Virus record (IMG/VR): IMGVR_UViG_3300022752_000071
Location: 1 to 61,365 of that record
Source of the DNA: a virus
Lineage: Duplodnaviria; Caudoviricetes
Direction: 5' to 3' (one strand)
Length of the DNA stretch: 61,365 nt
Part shown: positions 17,772 to 27,749 of the stretch, piece by piece
Layout of the letters: every line of letters starts with the position of its first letter
Numbering within the stretch: position 1 is the stretch's first letter
Notes under the pieces: generated by a model
What the model was told of the DNA's origin: nothing
The model's database searches: none
Seen by the model: only the letters and a program-made list of their open reading frames with translations
Program-made: the position numbers and the translations under genes

Positions 17772-18866
17772 ATGCCGGTTTCACGTGTAACGCTCCCCGA
17801 GGAGTTCTACGACATCACGTCGGCGAAACTGCTCGTTCAGCCCGAGCCGCAGTACGCCTACGCCAACCTCATGCTCTCCGCGATTGCTGCGGACCTCAAC
17901 GTCCCCGACATGCTGGGTCTCCAGATTCCGGGTCGTCAGGTCGGCGGCGTCGGTGCTCCGTACTCCACGGCAGAGCAGGATCGTCTGGAGCTTGCCAAGG
18001 ATCTCCCTGGCGAGATTTTCGCGACGAAGTCTGACTTCATGGGTGGCCCCGGCCACACCATGCGGTTCAACCGCCCGAAGTTCACGAACTCCACCTACAC
18101 CGAGGCGTCGCGCGTCATCGGTACGGCGTCGTCGATCTCGACGACTCCGATCGAGGTGGGTTCGGAGCAGGTGGCGCTCACCATCAAGCGTTACGCCGGC
18201 CCTTACGGCGCGGCGGCTGTGCAGCCCTACGCGATCGATGCGTTCGACGCTTCGATGGGCGTTCACAATCTCGCCAAGCTCGTCGGCACGCACCTGAAGC
18301 GCGACTTCCATCGCTGGATTGATGCCGTGTGGGTTTCGCTCTTCGACCTCGCATCGACGACGCTTTACCCGAACGGCTTCGCGGCCGACAACGACATCAC
18401 TGCCAAGGGACAGGCTCCGCTCACCTACGAGCAGATCAGCCGCGCGTCCCGCGCGCAGGATGAGGCGAACCTGCCGACGTTCTCGAACGGCAAGCGTCTC
18501 ATGGTCGTGTCGCCGACGGGCAAGAAGCAACTGAAGGACGATCCGCAGTTCGCGCGTTACGCCGAGTTCCACAAGGAGATGAACCCCTTGTTCCCCGGCT
18601 ACTTCGCGTCGCTGCCGGAGTACGAGCTTGCGGTTTCGACCACGCTGTCGCAGCCGTTGAACTCGTCCAGCGTCAAGGTGCATCGCGCCCACGCTATTGC
18701 CCCCGGCGTGGCTCTCGCGGGCATGGGCGCACCGCCCGCCGTCGTCCCGGCTTCGGACGACAACTACGGTCAGCAGGCCAAGGTTATCTGGCTTGCTTTC
18801 ATGGCGTTCGGTCTCGCCGACAATCGGTTCGTGACCAGCGTCCGTTACTCGGAGGACAACGCCTGA
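17772..18866 (+). CDS. Major capsid protein
   Basis: 364 aa, strong codon bias, position after scaffold. Confidence 0.8.
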   Translation: MPVSRVTLPEEFYDITSAKLLVQPEPQYAYANLMLSAIAADLNVPDMLGLQIPGRQVGGVGAPYSTAEQDRLELAKDLPGEIFATKSDFMGGPGHTMRFNRPKFTNSTYTEASRVIGTASSISTTPIEVGSEQVALTIKRYAGPYGAAAVQPYAIDAFDASMGVHNLAKLVGTHLKRDFHRWIDAVWVSLFDLASTTLYPNGFAADNDITAKGQAPLTYEQISRASRAQDEANLPTFSNGKRLMVVSPTGKKQLKDDPQFARYAEFHKEMNPLFPGYFASLPEYELAVSTTLSQPLNSSSVKVHRAHAIAPGVALAGMGAPPAVVPASDDNYGQQAKVIWLAFMAFGLADNRFVTSVRYSEDNA

Positions 18867-19288
18867 TGAGCTTCCCGGCGCGTTATTTCAAGGGCGCGGC
18901 GGCGACGGGCAACTTCGACACGATCGCGGCGGGCGCTTCCGTTGGCGGTACTGCGTACCCCACCAACGAGATCGCCGTCGACACGCTCTCGTGCCAGTTC
19001 GTCCTCGACGCCGAAACGGACACCATCACGCTCGCTGCTCACTGGCAGGTGTCTCACGACAACTCCACGTGGGTGGACATCAAGCCGTCGAACGGCGCGG
19101 CGTACGTCGCGCAAGCGACGGGCACGATGGGTGCGGACAATCCCGTCACCGTCGTGCTCGAAGCGCCCACGGGCGTTCTCGGCTGGGAGTACGTGCGTCC
19201 CGCTGTGAAGGTCGGCGTCACGACCGGCGCAGTGGCCGACACGTACTCGATGCAGGTCTGCTTCCGCAAGTTCAACGGCTTCGGCTGA
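18866..19288 (+). CDS. Putative capsid decoration protein
   Basis: Beta-rich ORF coupled to the capsid gene. Confidence 0.55.
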   Translation: MSFPARYFKGAAATGNFDTIAAGASVGGTAYPTNEIAVDTLSCQFVLDAETDTITLAAHWQVSHDNSTWVDIKPSNGAAYVAQATGTMGADNPVTVVLEAPTGVLGWEYVRPAVKVGVTTGAVADTYSMQVCFRKFNGFG

Positions 19289-19304
19289 TAGTTGAGGGGC
19301 TGAT

Positions 19305-19913
19305 ATGGCACTGCTCGATTCCGAAATCGCCCGCTGCAAGTACGAGCTTGGCTACAACTTGCTGACGGTCGCCGCGGAGCCGTACATCGGCGTCGCACGG
19401 GTTTTCGAGTTGGTCATTCAGCCCAACTTGCTGGAAGGAGCAAAGACGACGAGCGCGACGGTGGTCACTGCGGTGGCTGCCGGCGCGCTCGCGTCTCCTG
19501 TCACTCTGACGCTTGCGAGTGCTACTGGTTTCTCCGCTGGTGACCGCGTCATCATCGACGTGGACGACCGGCAGGAGACCGCCACGGTGCAGAACGTCGT
19601 AGGTTCGACGATCACCGTACTTCTTTCCAAGACGCACACCGGAACGTACCCCGTCACCGTCGAGCGGGGAGAGTCCATCGTGCGCGAGATTCTCGGTCGG
19701 CTTCGCGACATCGCGAACAAGCTTGGAACCAGCGTTGTACAGCAGGTCGGTATCAAGCAGGTCGACGAGATCGAGTTCTTCGGCGGCAACGTATTCAGCG
19801 TTCGCCGCGAGATGCTGAATTTGCAGAACTACTGGCGCGACGAACTGGCGAGCGCGTTGGGCGTAGAGAACCTTCGCTCGACTCGTGGCGGTTCGGCTGT
19901 CGCGGTCTACTAA
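19305..19913 (+). CDS. Putative head-tail adaptor
   Basis: Synteny; KQVDEIEF. Confidence 0.55.
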   Translation: MALLDSEIARCKYELGYNLLTVAAEPYIGVARVFELVIQPNLLEGAKTTSATVVTAVAAGALASPVTLTLASATGFSAGDRVIIDVDDRQETATVQNVVGSTITVLLSKTHTGTYPVTVERGESIVREILGRLRDIANKLGTSVVQQVGIKQVDEIEFFGGNVFSVRREMLNLQNYWRDELASALGVENLRSTRGGSAVAVY

Positions 19914-20362
19914 TGGCGACGTTTCGCGATTCCATTCTTCCGGTGGTGAACTCGATTCGGGCGATCCCTGGAACGCTGGGATGGCGTCCGTACTCGTTGA
20001 CTATCGAACAGCGCACTTGGAGCGGTGCGGAGATTGGGGAGGGGACGGAAACCGTCACTTCCACGCCGATCACCGAAGCGAACGGGTATTCGCCAAAGAT
20101 TCGCTGGCTGAACAACGAGCAACTTGCGCTTGGTGGCTACGAGAAGGCCACGGTCGAAATCGGCCCTATGACGCCGAGTTATCCTGGCGGCGGCATTCTC
20201 GCGAGCGTGCTGGAGCCTAGCAATCTGCCGAACAACACCGTTGTTCAGTACAAGCTGGTCGGACCTGCATATCCGAACGGCGCGTACGGAAGACTGGTAT
20301 CCTTCAACCACGATCGCGCAGGGCACTACACGCTGCGAGTCGAGATTTCGGGGACGCCATGA
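19913..20362 (+). CDS. Putative head closure protein
   Basis: Synteny and size. Confidence 0.5.
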   Translation: MATFRDSILPVVNSIRAIPGTLGWRPYSLTIEQRTWSGAEIGEGTETVTSTPITEANGYSPKIRWLNNEQLALGGYEKATVEIGPMTPSYPGGGILASVLEPSNLPNNTVVQYKLVGPAYPNGAYGRLVSFNHDRAGHYTLRVEISGTP

Positions 20363-21141
20363 GCGACGACGGCTATCTCTACGGCAAATTCGGTGACGTC
20401 GAGTTTCCGCTGCTGCCGGTGCAGAACGCGCAGCTTTTCAGCGCGCTCGATCCGGCGCGGGACAAGCTTCTCGCCTTCTTCAAAGCCGCCATCAACAAGG
20501 AACTGGCGCAAAGCACGACGTCGGTCGTGGCGAACAGCCCGTGGGCGATTGTCACAGCCGGCACGGCGCTTTCGGCGGCGATGCCTGTGCAGGATGTCTG
20601 CTACTTGCAGCCTACCAGCGACTTGGTCAAAGAGGCCAGTTGGGGGATGCCGCTGCTCTGCTGCTACCGCACGAGCGCCGTGCATGAAGAGTTCACACTT
20701 CAGCGAGAAGTCATCCGTACGACTTGGGGGATTGATTACATCCTCCCGCCGTTGCCGGCGGACGACCGTCGCAAGATCGCCGCGATGCTCCCCGGCGTGC
20801 GGTCTTTGCTGACGTTTTTGATTCGCCGCCGCGCCCATCCCGCCTACCAGAACGGTGCGCTTCAATTCGGCCAAGGGTACGGTGGATTCGATGTCATGCG
20901 CGTTGTGGCAAGCAACGAAGGCCCGGTAGCATTCTCGGACAAAGAAGGTTCGAACTTCTACTACGCCGTGCATCTCGACATCGAGACCACCGAACTCGAC
21001 GATACGACACAAACGTATACTGATTTCGACGGCGTCGATTACAACATCGGCGTCGGCGGAAGCGAGGGTGTTCTTCCTGATACGGTGCAAGCTCGCACCG
21101 ATACCATTCCCGATCCGAACTACGGTAAGGTGCAGACGTGA
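20359..21141 (+). CDS. Putative tail completion protein
   Basis: Synteny. Confidence 0.5.
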   Translation: MSDDGYLYGKFGDVEFPLLPVQNAQLFSALDPARDKLLAFFKAAINKELAQSTTSVVANSPWAIVTAGTALSAAMPVQDVCYLQPTSDLVKEASWGMPLLCCYRTSAVHEEFTLQREVIRTTWGIDYILPPLPADDRRKIAAMLPGVRSLLTFLIRRRAHPAYQNGALQFGQGYGGFDVMRVVASNEGPVAFSDKEGSNFYYAVHLDIETTELDDTTQTYTDFDGVDYNIGVGGSEGVLPDTVQARTDTIPDPNYGKVQT

Positions 21142-21653
21142 TTCAAGACGGCAACAAGGAATTGCTCCCTCAACTGCTGGCTCGCTGGGAGGAAACGGCC
21201 CCGGAAGCAGAGCCGTTGGCCCGGTCGCTGGCGTCGGTGGCGGTTACGCTGCGTGCGGTCTACCTCATGCACCAAGCGGCGCACTGGCAGACGAAGGGTC
21301 CGTCTTTCGTAGGCGACCACAAGCTCTTCGGCGACTTGTACGGTGCGGCGCTCGACGAGATCGACATGGTCAGCGAACGCGCCGTTGGCCTTGGGGATGC
21401 CCTGCTTGTTTGCCCGCTCAAGTCGAGCGAACTTGCGCTTGAATTGCTCGAAGCTTTTGGCCGCGCCTGCGACGTTCCCGACGCGGACAAGCTCATGCAG
21501 CTTTCTCTCGAAGCCGAGCGCGGGCTGCTCCAGGTCATTGCGAGCGCCATGAAGGACGATGTCACCGACGGTGTCTCGAACTTGCTGCAAGGCATTGCCG
21601 ACAAGCACGAGACGCACGTCTACTTGCTTCAGCAGCGGCTCAAGAAGCGATGA
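21138..21653 (+). CDS. Dps-like ferritin-fold protein
   Basis: HWQTKGPSFVGDHKLF..LY...DMVSER matches Dps H-x11-H-x14-D-x3-E. Confidence 0.85.
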   Translation: MIQDGNKELLPQLLARWEETAPEAEPLARSLASVAVTLRAVYLMHQAAHWQTKGPSFVGDHKLFGDLYGAALDEIDMVSERAVGLGDALLVCPLKSSELALELLEAFGRACDVPDADKLMQLSLEAERGLLQVIASAMKDDVTDGVSNLLQGIADKHETHVYLLQQRLKKR

Positions 21654-22111
21654 TCAACATCTCGATGATGCAGGCGACGCACGCTCGTTTCGACCGGGCT
21701 TTCCACAAGATGGTCGAAAACACGATGCGCGACCACAACACCGCAGCGATGAATGAGACTCGCGGTGAATTGCAGGAGCACGTCAAGAGCGGCAAGCTTC
21801 TCGCTTCGGCGAAAGGACAATTCTTGAAGTACAAGAATCACGTCATTTCGCGCGGTAAACTTGGGGAACGGCTTAAGTACGCTCAGTCTTTTGAATACGG
21901 TGCGCGTCCGCACATGATTTACCCGCGACGCGCGCGGTTTCTTCGCTTCATCGGTCGGCGGGACGGCGCAGTCGTCTTCGCCAAAAAAGTCAATCATCCA
22001 GGCAACCGCCCCTATTTCGTCATGGGTGGAGCTTGGTGGAAGATGGCGGCTCGCTATGCCGTCGTGCTGCGCGCCAACATGCACTTCCTCGCCCAAACGG
22101 AATTCAAGTGA
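21650..22111 (+). CDS. Neck protein, HK97 gp10-like
   Basis: YA..FEYG.RPH, VNHPG..PYF. Confidence 0.7.
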   Translation: MINISMMQATHARFDRAFHKMVENTMRDHNTAAMNETRGELQEHVKSGKLLASAKGQFLKYKNHVISRGKLGERLKYAQSFEYGARPHMIYPRRARFLRFIGRRDGAVVFAKKVNHPGNRPYFVMGGAWWKMAARYAVVLRANMHFLAQTEFK

Positions 22112-22452
22112 CCACGATTCAAAAGCTCAAGTTTGTCCCGCGCGCGAATCTCCTCGTTCGTGTGCCCGGTGCGATGCAGTTCATTGGCCAAGCGGCCCCG
22201 TACGTTGGGCGCAGCAAGCGGCAGATGTCGGACGGCTCTTGGGGCTATCCGGCGGACAACCGACCGTATGAAGTTCCCGCAGACAGCAAGGAATGCCGAA
22301 GGCTGTTTGCGATGGTCAACCGTGAGCAGGCGCTTTGGCCTTTCGATGAGGCAACCGCAGCCGCTTGTGGTACCAAGTTTGTCGCCGTCGAGTGGCTCGA
22401 TGGCGAATGGGTGCCGGTCGAGAAACCGGCCAAGAAGAAATCAGAAGGCTGA
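22108..22452 (+). CDS. Hypothetical pre-sheath protein
   Basis: GTG at 22108 overlaps the upstream stop. Confidence 0.65.
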   Translation: MTTIQKLKFVPRANLLVRVPGAMQFIGQAAPYVGRSKRQMSDGSWGYPADNRPYEVPADSKECRRLFAMVNREQALWPFDEATAAACGTKFVAVEWLDGEWVPVEKPAKKKSEG

Positions 22453-22465
22453 AAGGTGAGCGACG

Positions 22466-24034
22466 ATGGCATCTATTCCCATTACTGGAGTACCTAGCAC
22501 GTACCGCGTTCCCGGCGGCTACACGGAGATTCTCTTCGCGCAGGGTCCGAGCACCGCGGCTGCCGCCGCGCGTGACGTGATCTTCGTGATGCCGAAGCTC
22601 GCGGCGACGGGTAGCTACTCCGCAAACAAGGTCTATCGTGTCAAGAACGAGCAGGACGTCATCACGGGCGCGGGGGCTGGTTCGCCCTTGCACCGTGCCG
22701 TCCGCAAGTTCCTGATGGCCAACAACATCGCGCGGGTGTTCGCCCTGCCGTACCTGCCTTCGAGCGGTGGCATGGGCCTCGTGAGCGCGCAGCTTACGGT
22801 GACGTTCGCGAACGCGGCGACGGGTACCGGCGTCGCAACGGTGACGATCTGCGGCGAGCCGAACACGATCGGCATCAAGAGCGGCGATACGGCGATTGCG
22901 ATTGCCACCAGCATGGTGGCGGTCATCAACTCGAAGTCTTGGCTGCCTGTGTCGGCAGACAACGGCGGCGGCACGCTCGCGGTGATCACGCTGACGGCGA
23001 AGATCGCGGGTGCTTCGCAGAACGCGCACATTCGCGTTCGCGCGGAGATCGCCGCCGGCATCTCGACGACGGTCGCGACGCAGAACGCGAGCGACGTGGA
23101 CGCTCTCGGCACGGGCGCGGCGACGGCGGGTGTCGATGGCACCACGACGGAAGCCACGAACCTCACGACGGCCCTCGCGGTGATTGACGCGGCGCGTTAC
23201 TACTACGTCGTCGTTTCGATCGAGGACTCGACGAAGCTGGGTCTTGTGCAGACGCACATCGCCACCAAGTCGCTGCCGATCCCCGGTCTGCGATCGGTTG
23301 CCATCGCAGCTTCGCCTCTTGCTCTCGCTTCGGTGCAGAGCCTCGCGATTGGTCGCAACTACGAGCGACTTCAGCTTGTTTGGCAGAAGAACAGCGAGGC
23401 GACTCGCGAGGAACTCGCGGCCAACATGGCGGCGATTCGTCAGAAGTACGAGCAGCGGGACTCCGCGTTCAACTTCGACAGCTACGCGGATCGGGGCGAC
23501 TGGCTGATCCCCGGCTGCTACCGCGATGCTGACCGTCCTGACGGCGACGATCAGAACGACGCGATCCTTGACGGAATCACCTGCATCGCGACCAACGATG
23601 CCGGCAGCTACGTCGTCATGTCGTGCACGACCCGCTCGAAGGATGCCACGGGCAACAACGACGACTTCCGCGCGACCGAGACGCATCGCATCAGCGTCGC
23701 CGACGAGTTCGTCGATACGCTCCTGCTTCGCCACGCGCTCAACTACTCGAACAAGAAGTTGGCGTCGGACGAGCTTCTGCCGGACGGCACGGTCAACTTC
23801 AACCAGCGGCTTTACCCGAACGTCATCACGCCGAGCAACTACGCGCCCTTCGTGCGCGCACTGCTCGACGAGTTCAACGGGCAGCGGCTTCAGAACGTCG
23901 CTCAGTCGAAGACGGGCTTGCGCGTCGTGCGCGACCCGAACAACGGCGGGCGTTTGGAGGTTGGCGTCGACATCAACGCCGTCGACCTCTTCCACCAGAT
24001 GACGGCGCGCGTCGCGGAGATCAGCGCGGCCTGA
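22466..24034 (+). CDS. Tail sheath protein (Mu-like)
   Basis: VPS..RVPG.Y.E, GAGS.L, RD.NN..RL; 522 aa. Confidence 0.88.
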   Translation: MASIPITGVPSTYRVPGGYTEILFAQGPSTAAAAARDVIFVMPKLAATGSYSANKVYRVKNEQDVITGAGAGSPLHRAVRKFLMANNIARVFALPYLPSSGGMGLVSAQLTVTFANAATGTGVATVTICGEPNTIGIKSGDTAIAIATSMVAVINSKSWLPVSADNGGGTLAVITLTAKIAGASQNAHIRVRAEIAAGISTTVATQNASDVDALGTGAATAGVDGTTTEATNLTTALAVIDAARYYYVVVSIEDSTKLGLVQTHIATKSLPIPGLRSVAIAASPLALASVQSLAIGRNYERLQLVWQKNSEATREELAANMAAIRQKYEQRDSAFNFDSYADRGDWLIPGCYRDADRPDGDDQNDAILDGITCIATNDAGSYVVMSCTTRSKDATGNNDDFRATETHRISVADEFVDTLLLRHALNYSNKKLASDELLPDGTVNFNQRLYPNVITPSNYAPFVRALLDEFNGQRLQNVAQSKTGLRVVRDPNNGGRLEVGVDINAVDLFHQMTARVAEISAA

Positions 24035-24049
24035 TAGGAGGCATCACAG

Positions 24050-24424
24050 ATGGCAACGCTGCAAGATCACGCAAGACTAGCGATTTTCGTGGATCAGGTC
24101 GTTCAGATCGAGATCACCTCGATTCAGATGACCACGAACAGCGGGCAGAACCGCGTGGACCTTCTCAACGAAGGTCTCGCCGGCTTCACCCCCGGCTCCG
24201 GCGACGTCAATCTTCAGATTGGTTTCGCGGTTCCGAAGGGCGGTCAGGAGTACCCCTGGCAGCAGAAGTGCGCGAACGGCGAGTACGTGTCGATGCAGGT
24301 CATCATCGGCTCGACGCAGTACGTCGGTCTCGGCAAGTTCCTTGACGTCTCGATCAACCAGACGGTGAACGCGAGCGTCGAGGGCACGGCGAACTGGCTT
24401 GGCGAATTGAAGCCGTTGCAGTAG
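24050..24424 (+). CDS. Tail tube protein
   Basis: 124 aa after sheath; AGGAGG RBS. Confidence 0.75.
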   Translation: MATLQDHARLAIFVDQVVQIEITSIQMTTNSGQNRVDLLNEGLAGFTPGSGDVNLQIGFAVPKGGQEYPWQQKCANGEYVSMQVIIGSTQYVGLGKFLDVSINQTVNASVEGTANWLGELKPLQ

Positions 24425-24450
24425 CCTAGTTTCGCCCTGCTCTCCTGCAC

Positions 24451-24485
24451 GAGCCGCGGGGTCGTACGACCTCGCGGCTCTTTCT
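24451..24485 (+). terminator. Intrinsic terminator
   Basis: 13-bp GC stem followed by tttct. Confidence 0.7.
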
Positions 24486-24495
24486 ATTGGTACAT

Positions 24496-25380
24496 ATGGC
24501 ATTCCCCCCAGAAGAAGTTTCCGCAACTGAACTGTTTCTCAAGCTCTCCGCTCCGGTACGTCCGAGCGAAGTGGTTGACTTCCCTCGGCGAGATCCCGAC
24601 ACGCGCCTGCCGATCGGTCGAGTTCGCCTTCAAGTGTTGAATCTCGCCGAGTACGACGAAGCGCGAATCAAAGCGCAGAACTGGCTCGTCGAGAAGAAGC
24701 GCATTCCCCGTGAACAGCACGATGCGCCGGCTGTCAAAGAGGTACTTGGCGACCGCGTTGCCAAAGAACTGCTCTCGATGGCGTGCCTTTCGGTCGATCC
24801 GATCAAGAATACGGCCGAAGCCGGCAAACCCCGCTACATTCGCCATTTCATCAACGCCGACGCCGTCGACGTGCTGATGGCCGACGAACTCGAAGCGTTG
24901 TGGATGGCGCTTCAGATGGTGCAGCGCAAGTTCGGGCCGTACGAAGGAAACATTGAGACGCCGGAGCAAGCGACGGCCTGGATGAAGCGTCTTGTGGAGG
25001 GCGGCTCCGCGCTCCCTTTAGGAGTGCTGGGCTGGCATCACTTGGTCGAATTGACCGTGTTGCTAGCGGAACGCGCGTATTCACTGTCCGCCCTCCTGGG
25101 TACCCAGTGCTCGAACTTGCCTCCTACTTTAGCTGCCTCCCTCAAGAGTTGGGATATTGGCACTTCCTCATTTGGCGCGCTTCCTGTGAGTGCCACCGAG
25201 ATTGGATTACGCGAAACTGATTTGGGCATCGACCCTGCCGAACGGAAGCGCGCGGAGGAATTTGTCGAGAGCGTGCAAGAGCAGCTTTCCGCAAAAACCG
25301 CTCCGCTTCTTCCTGATCGCCCAATTACCACCGAAGAAGCCGCGGACGTTTTCAAGCGCATGTTCAAAGACGGCGGTTGA
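24496..25380 (+). CDS. Tail assembly chaperone with -1 frameshift site at 25014-25020
   Basis: Between tube and tape measure; C CCT TTA heptamer in frame. Confidence 0.7.
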   Translation: MAFPPEEVSATELFLKLSAPVRPSEVVDFPRRDPDTRLPIGRVRLQVLNLAEYDEARIKAQNWLVEKKRIPREQHDAPAVKEVLGDRVAKELLSMACLSVDPIKNTAEAGKPRYIRHFINADAVDVLMADELEALWMALQMVQRKFGPYEGNIETPEQATAWMKRLVEGGSALPLGVLGWHHLVELTVLLAERAYSLSALLGTQCSNLPPTLAASLKSWDIGTSSFGALPVSATEIGLRETDLGIDPAERKRAEEFVESVQEQLSAKTAPLLPDRPITTEEAADVFKRMFKDGG

Positions 25381-25397
25381 GCTACTTGGAGTAATGC

Positions 25398-27740
25398 ATG
25401 GCCACGCTTCAATACGACTTTCGGATTGTCGGCATGGCCGACGTTGCTCGCGCTTTCAGGTCACTGGAGAACCGCGCTCGCGAACACAATCGCGCTGTTC
25501 AACAGATGTTCGGCGGCGCTGCCGGCGCACGTATGCGCGCAGGAGGCCCGGTCACACACGGCGGGCGCACTCCTCGATACGATGCCCATATACGCGGTCG
25601 GCAGCAGGCGTGGGCCGTCGAGCAACGAGCGCAAGAAAAGCAACTGCGAGAACAGAAGAACGCGGACGATCGAAAGTTTCGCGAGCAGCAGAAAGCCGCG
25701 CAACGGCAACTGCGAGCGCAGGAGAAACTGGCCAGAGACCTGCAGAAAGCCAGGGAACGGCAAATGCGCGATGAGCTTCGTAGCGCCAGCCGCTACGATG
25801 CACACGTTCGCTCGCGAGACAGAGGCGACGATTATCGGGCGCAAGACCGAAGGCGATCACGCCGTAATCGGGAAGCGCGAGACATCGTTAACGCACGCCT
25901 GGAAAGACAGCGAGGCTTCTACGGGGGCTTGGCACAAACGGCGTCGTCTCTCGGCTCTAGGGCACTGACGTTCGCGACTGCGGGAGCCGGCATGTTTCTC
26001 GGCGCGACGTATATGCAAGGTCGTGATGCTTATCGCGCGTCAACCGCGTTGGCCTCTCTGTCACGACAGACCGGGGACAAGCGCAATTTGGCGGACATCC
26101 AGAAGGGCATTTTGGACAGAGCCGGAACAGTCGCGCAAACGTACGGCGTGAAGCGAGGAGACGTCATCCGGTCCATGCTTGCTTTCCAGGCCCCGACCGG
26201 GAGCGTGCAAGGCGCGCTCGACCTTTCTGGTTACATCACTGCGATAGCTGAAGCCACCGCTTCGCAACCAGAGGATGTCGCCAAACTGGCCGGTTTGGCG
26301 TTTAAGTTCGCCCGAGACAAAGACGTCGGCATGACCGAACAGCAGGCTACGCGAACGGCAAAGCAGATTGTCGGTTCTTTCGCCGGGCACGCGGCGAAAG
26401 AATCCATCGAGATGTCTGAATACGCCGCCGTTGCGCCGCCAGTGCTCGGTGCAGCGACGAAGATGATGTCTTCAGATTTCGCGCAAACCGCCGCGATTGC
26501 TTCTGCTGTGGCGCAGAAGAGCATCGGCGGCGGCTCAAAAGGCGCAGCAGAAGCGGCGACAGCCACCGCGCGCCTAGTGGACGATTTGACTTTCCATCAA
26601 GAAAAGATTCTGGCTCTCACAAGAACCCAAGAGTTTGGGGGTAACGCTATTGATGTCATGGGCATCGACCCGGTGACTAAGATCCGAAAACTCCGCGGAT
26701 TCGAAGAAACCATTCCTGCGCTGCTTGCAGCGACAAAAGGAGATCAGTCGAAGCTGCAAAAGCTGGGCATCAACGTGCGCGGCAATCGTGCCATGACCGG
26801 ATTCCTCGACGAATACGCCCTGGGCACGAAACGGCAAGGCTCCGGTACGCCCGAAGAAAAGGGTGCCGCGGCTGTTCGCGACTTCCTTCTTGCCGCGATT
26901 TCTGATCGGCAGAGAGTCTCTGAGGGAGAAGCTAAAGAACTCGCGAAATCACGCGAGGAACTAGATCCGTACGCCAAGCTGGAAAAGGCGCTGCTCCGCT
27001 TGGCTGATCAGTCCATGCCGATTTTGACGCAGGCTGTTGAAAAGCTCGCAAGTGCATTAGGGGGCGGCGATCCTACTTCTTCGTCTGCTATCGTCACGCG
27101 CGCGGGTACGGAAGCTTTCAAAGATGCTGTAGAAAATCCCGGCACGACTGCGGCTCTTTTGCTCGGTGTCGGTGCTACCGCTAAGGGGCTGCTTGGTGCT
27201 CTAGGCACCGGCCTAAAAGCGAATGCGCTTAGGGCGGCGGGCGCGTTGGGCATGGAAAGTTTCATGGGGGTGCCTGTCGCAGAGGCCGCCGCGATGACTG
27301 CGCCAGGATTTGTTTCTACGCTTGCAACCGGACTGACTGCCGGTGTTGCGGCACTGGGAGGAGGCGCTGCCGCGACGCTAGGTGTAGCAGGAGGGCTTGC
27401 TGCTGGAGGCGTTGGCCTCGCCGGGTACAATCTCTACAAAGCGATTGAAGAAAACTCTGAACGCCCATTCATGCTCTCGGAGCCGGATTTGTTCGCGCTG
27501 TCTGGCTTGCCCGATCCGCGAGGGTTTCCAACCAACGCCGGGGAACTGATGGGAACGCTGCAAGGGCGTGTGCAAGAAAACATCGCTGCCGGCGCTCGGC
27601 CTGGCGATGCGTTGAAAACTTCTGCCGACAAGCTTGGTGCCGCCGCAGATAAACTCACCAACGCGGCAAACAGTTTGAGCAGTTCTTCGCTCAATCGCGG
27701 CGACGCGCCCTCTTCTGCCAGTCCGTCTTCTCCTCGGTAA
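25398..27740 (+). CDS. Tape measure protein
   Basis: 780 aa, A/G-rich helical with hydrophobic segments; synteny. Confidence 0.85.
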   Translation: MATLQYDFRIVGMADVARAFRSLENRAREHNRAVQQMFGGAAGARMRAGGPVTHGGRTPRYDAHIRGRQQAWAVEQRAQEKQLREQKNADDRKFREQQKAAQRQLRAQEKLARDLQKARERQMRDELRSASRYDAHVRSRDRGDDYRAQDRRRSRRNREARDIVNARLERQRGFYGGLAQTASSLGSRALTFATAGAGMFLGATYMQGRDAYRASTALASLSRQTGDKRNLADIQKGILDRAGTVAQTYGVKRGDVIRSMLAFQAPTGSVQGALDLSGYITAIAEATASQPEDVAKLAGLAFKFARDKDVGMTEQQATRTAKQIVGSFAGHAAKESIEMSEYAAVAPPVLGAATKMMSSDFAQTAAIASAVAQKSIGGGSKGAAEAATATARLVDDLTFHQEKILALTRTQEFGGNAIDVMGIDPVTKIRKLRGFEETIPALLAATKGDQSKLQKLGINVRGNRAMTGFLDEYALGTKRQGSGTPEEKGAAAVRDFLLAAISDRQRVSEGEAKELAKSREELDPYAKLEKALLRLADQSMPILTQAVEKLASALGGGDPTSSSAIVTRAGTEAFKDAVENPGTTAALLLGVGATAKGLLGALGTGLKANALRAAGALGMESFMGVPVAEAAAMTAPGFVSTLATGLTAGVAALGGGAAATLGVAGGLAAGGVGLAGYNLYKAIEENSERPFMLSEPDLFALSGLPDPRGFPTNAGELMGTLQGRVQENIAAGARPGDALKTSADKLGAAADKLTNAANSLSSSSLNRGDAPSSASPSSPR

Positions 27741-27749
27741 AGGACCAAC

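Noticed and set aside
22316-23995. Long antisense ORFs (also 12711-14060, 44846-46519 and others)
   Set aside because: Expected mirror ORFs of high-GC3 genes; no recognisable motifs.
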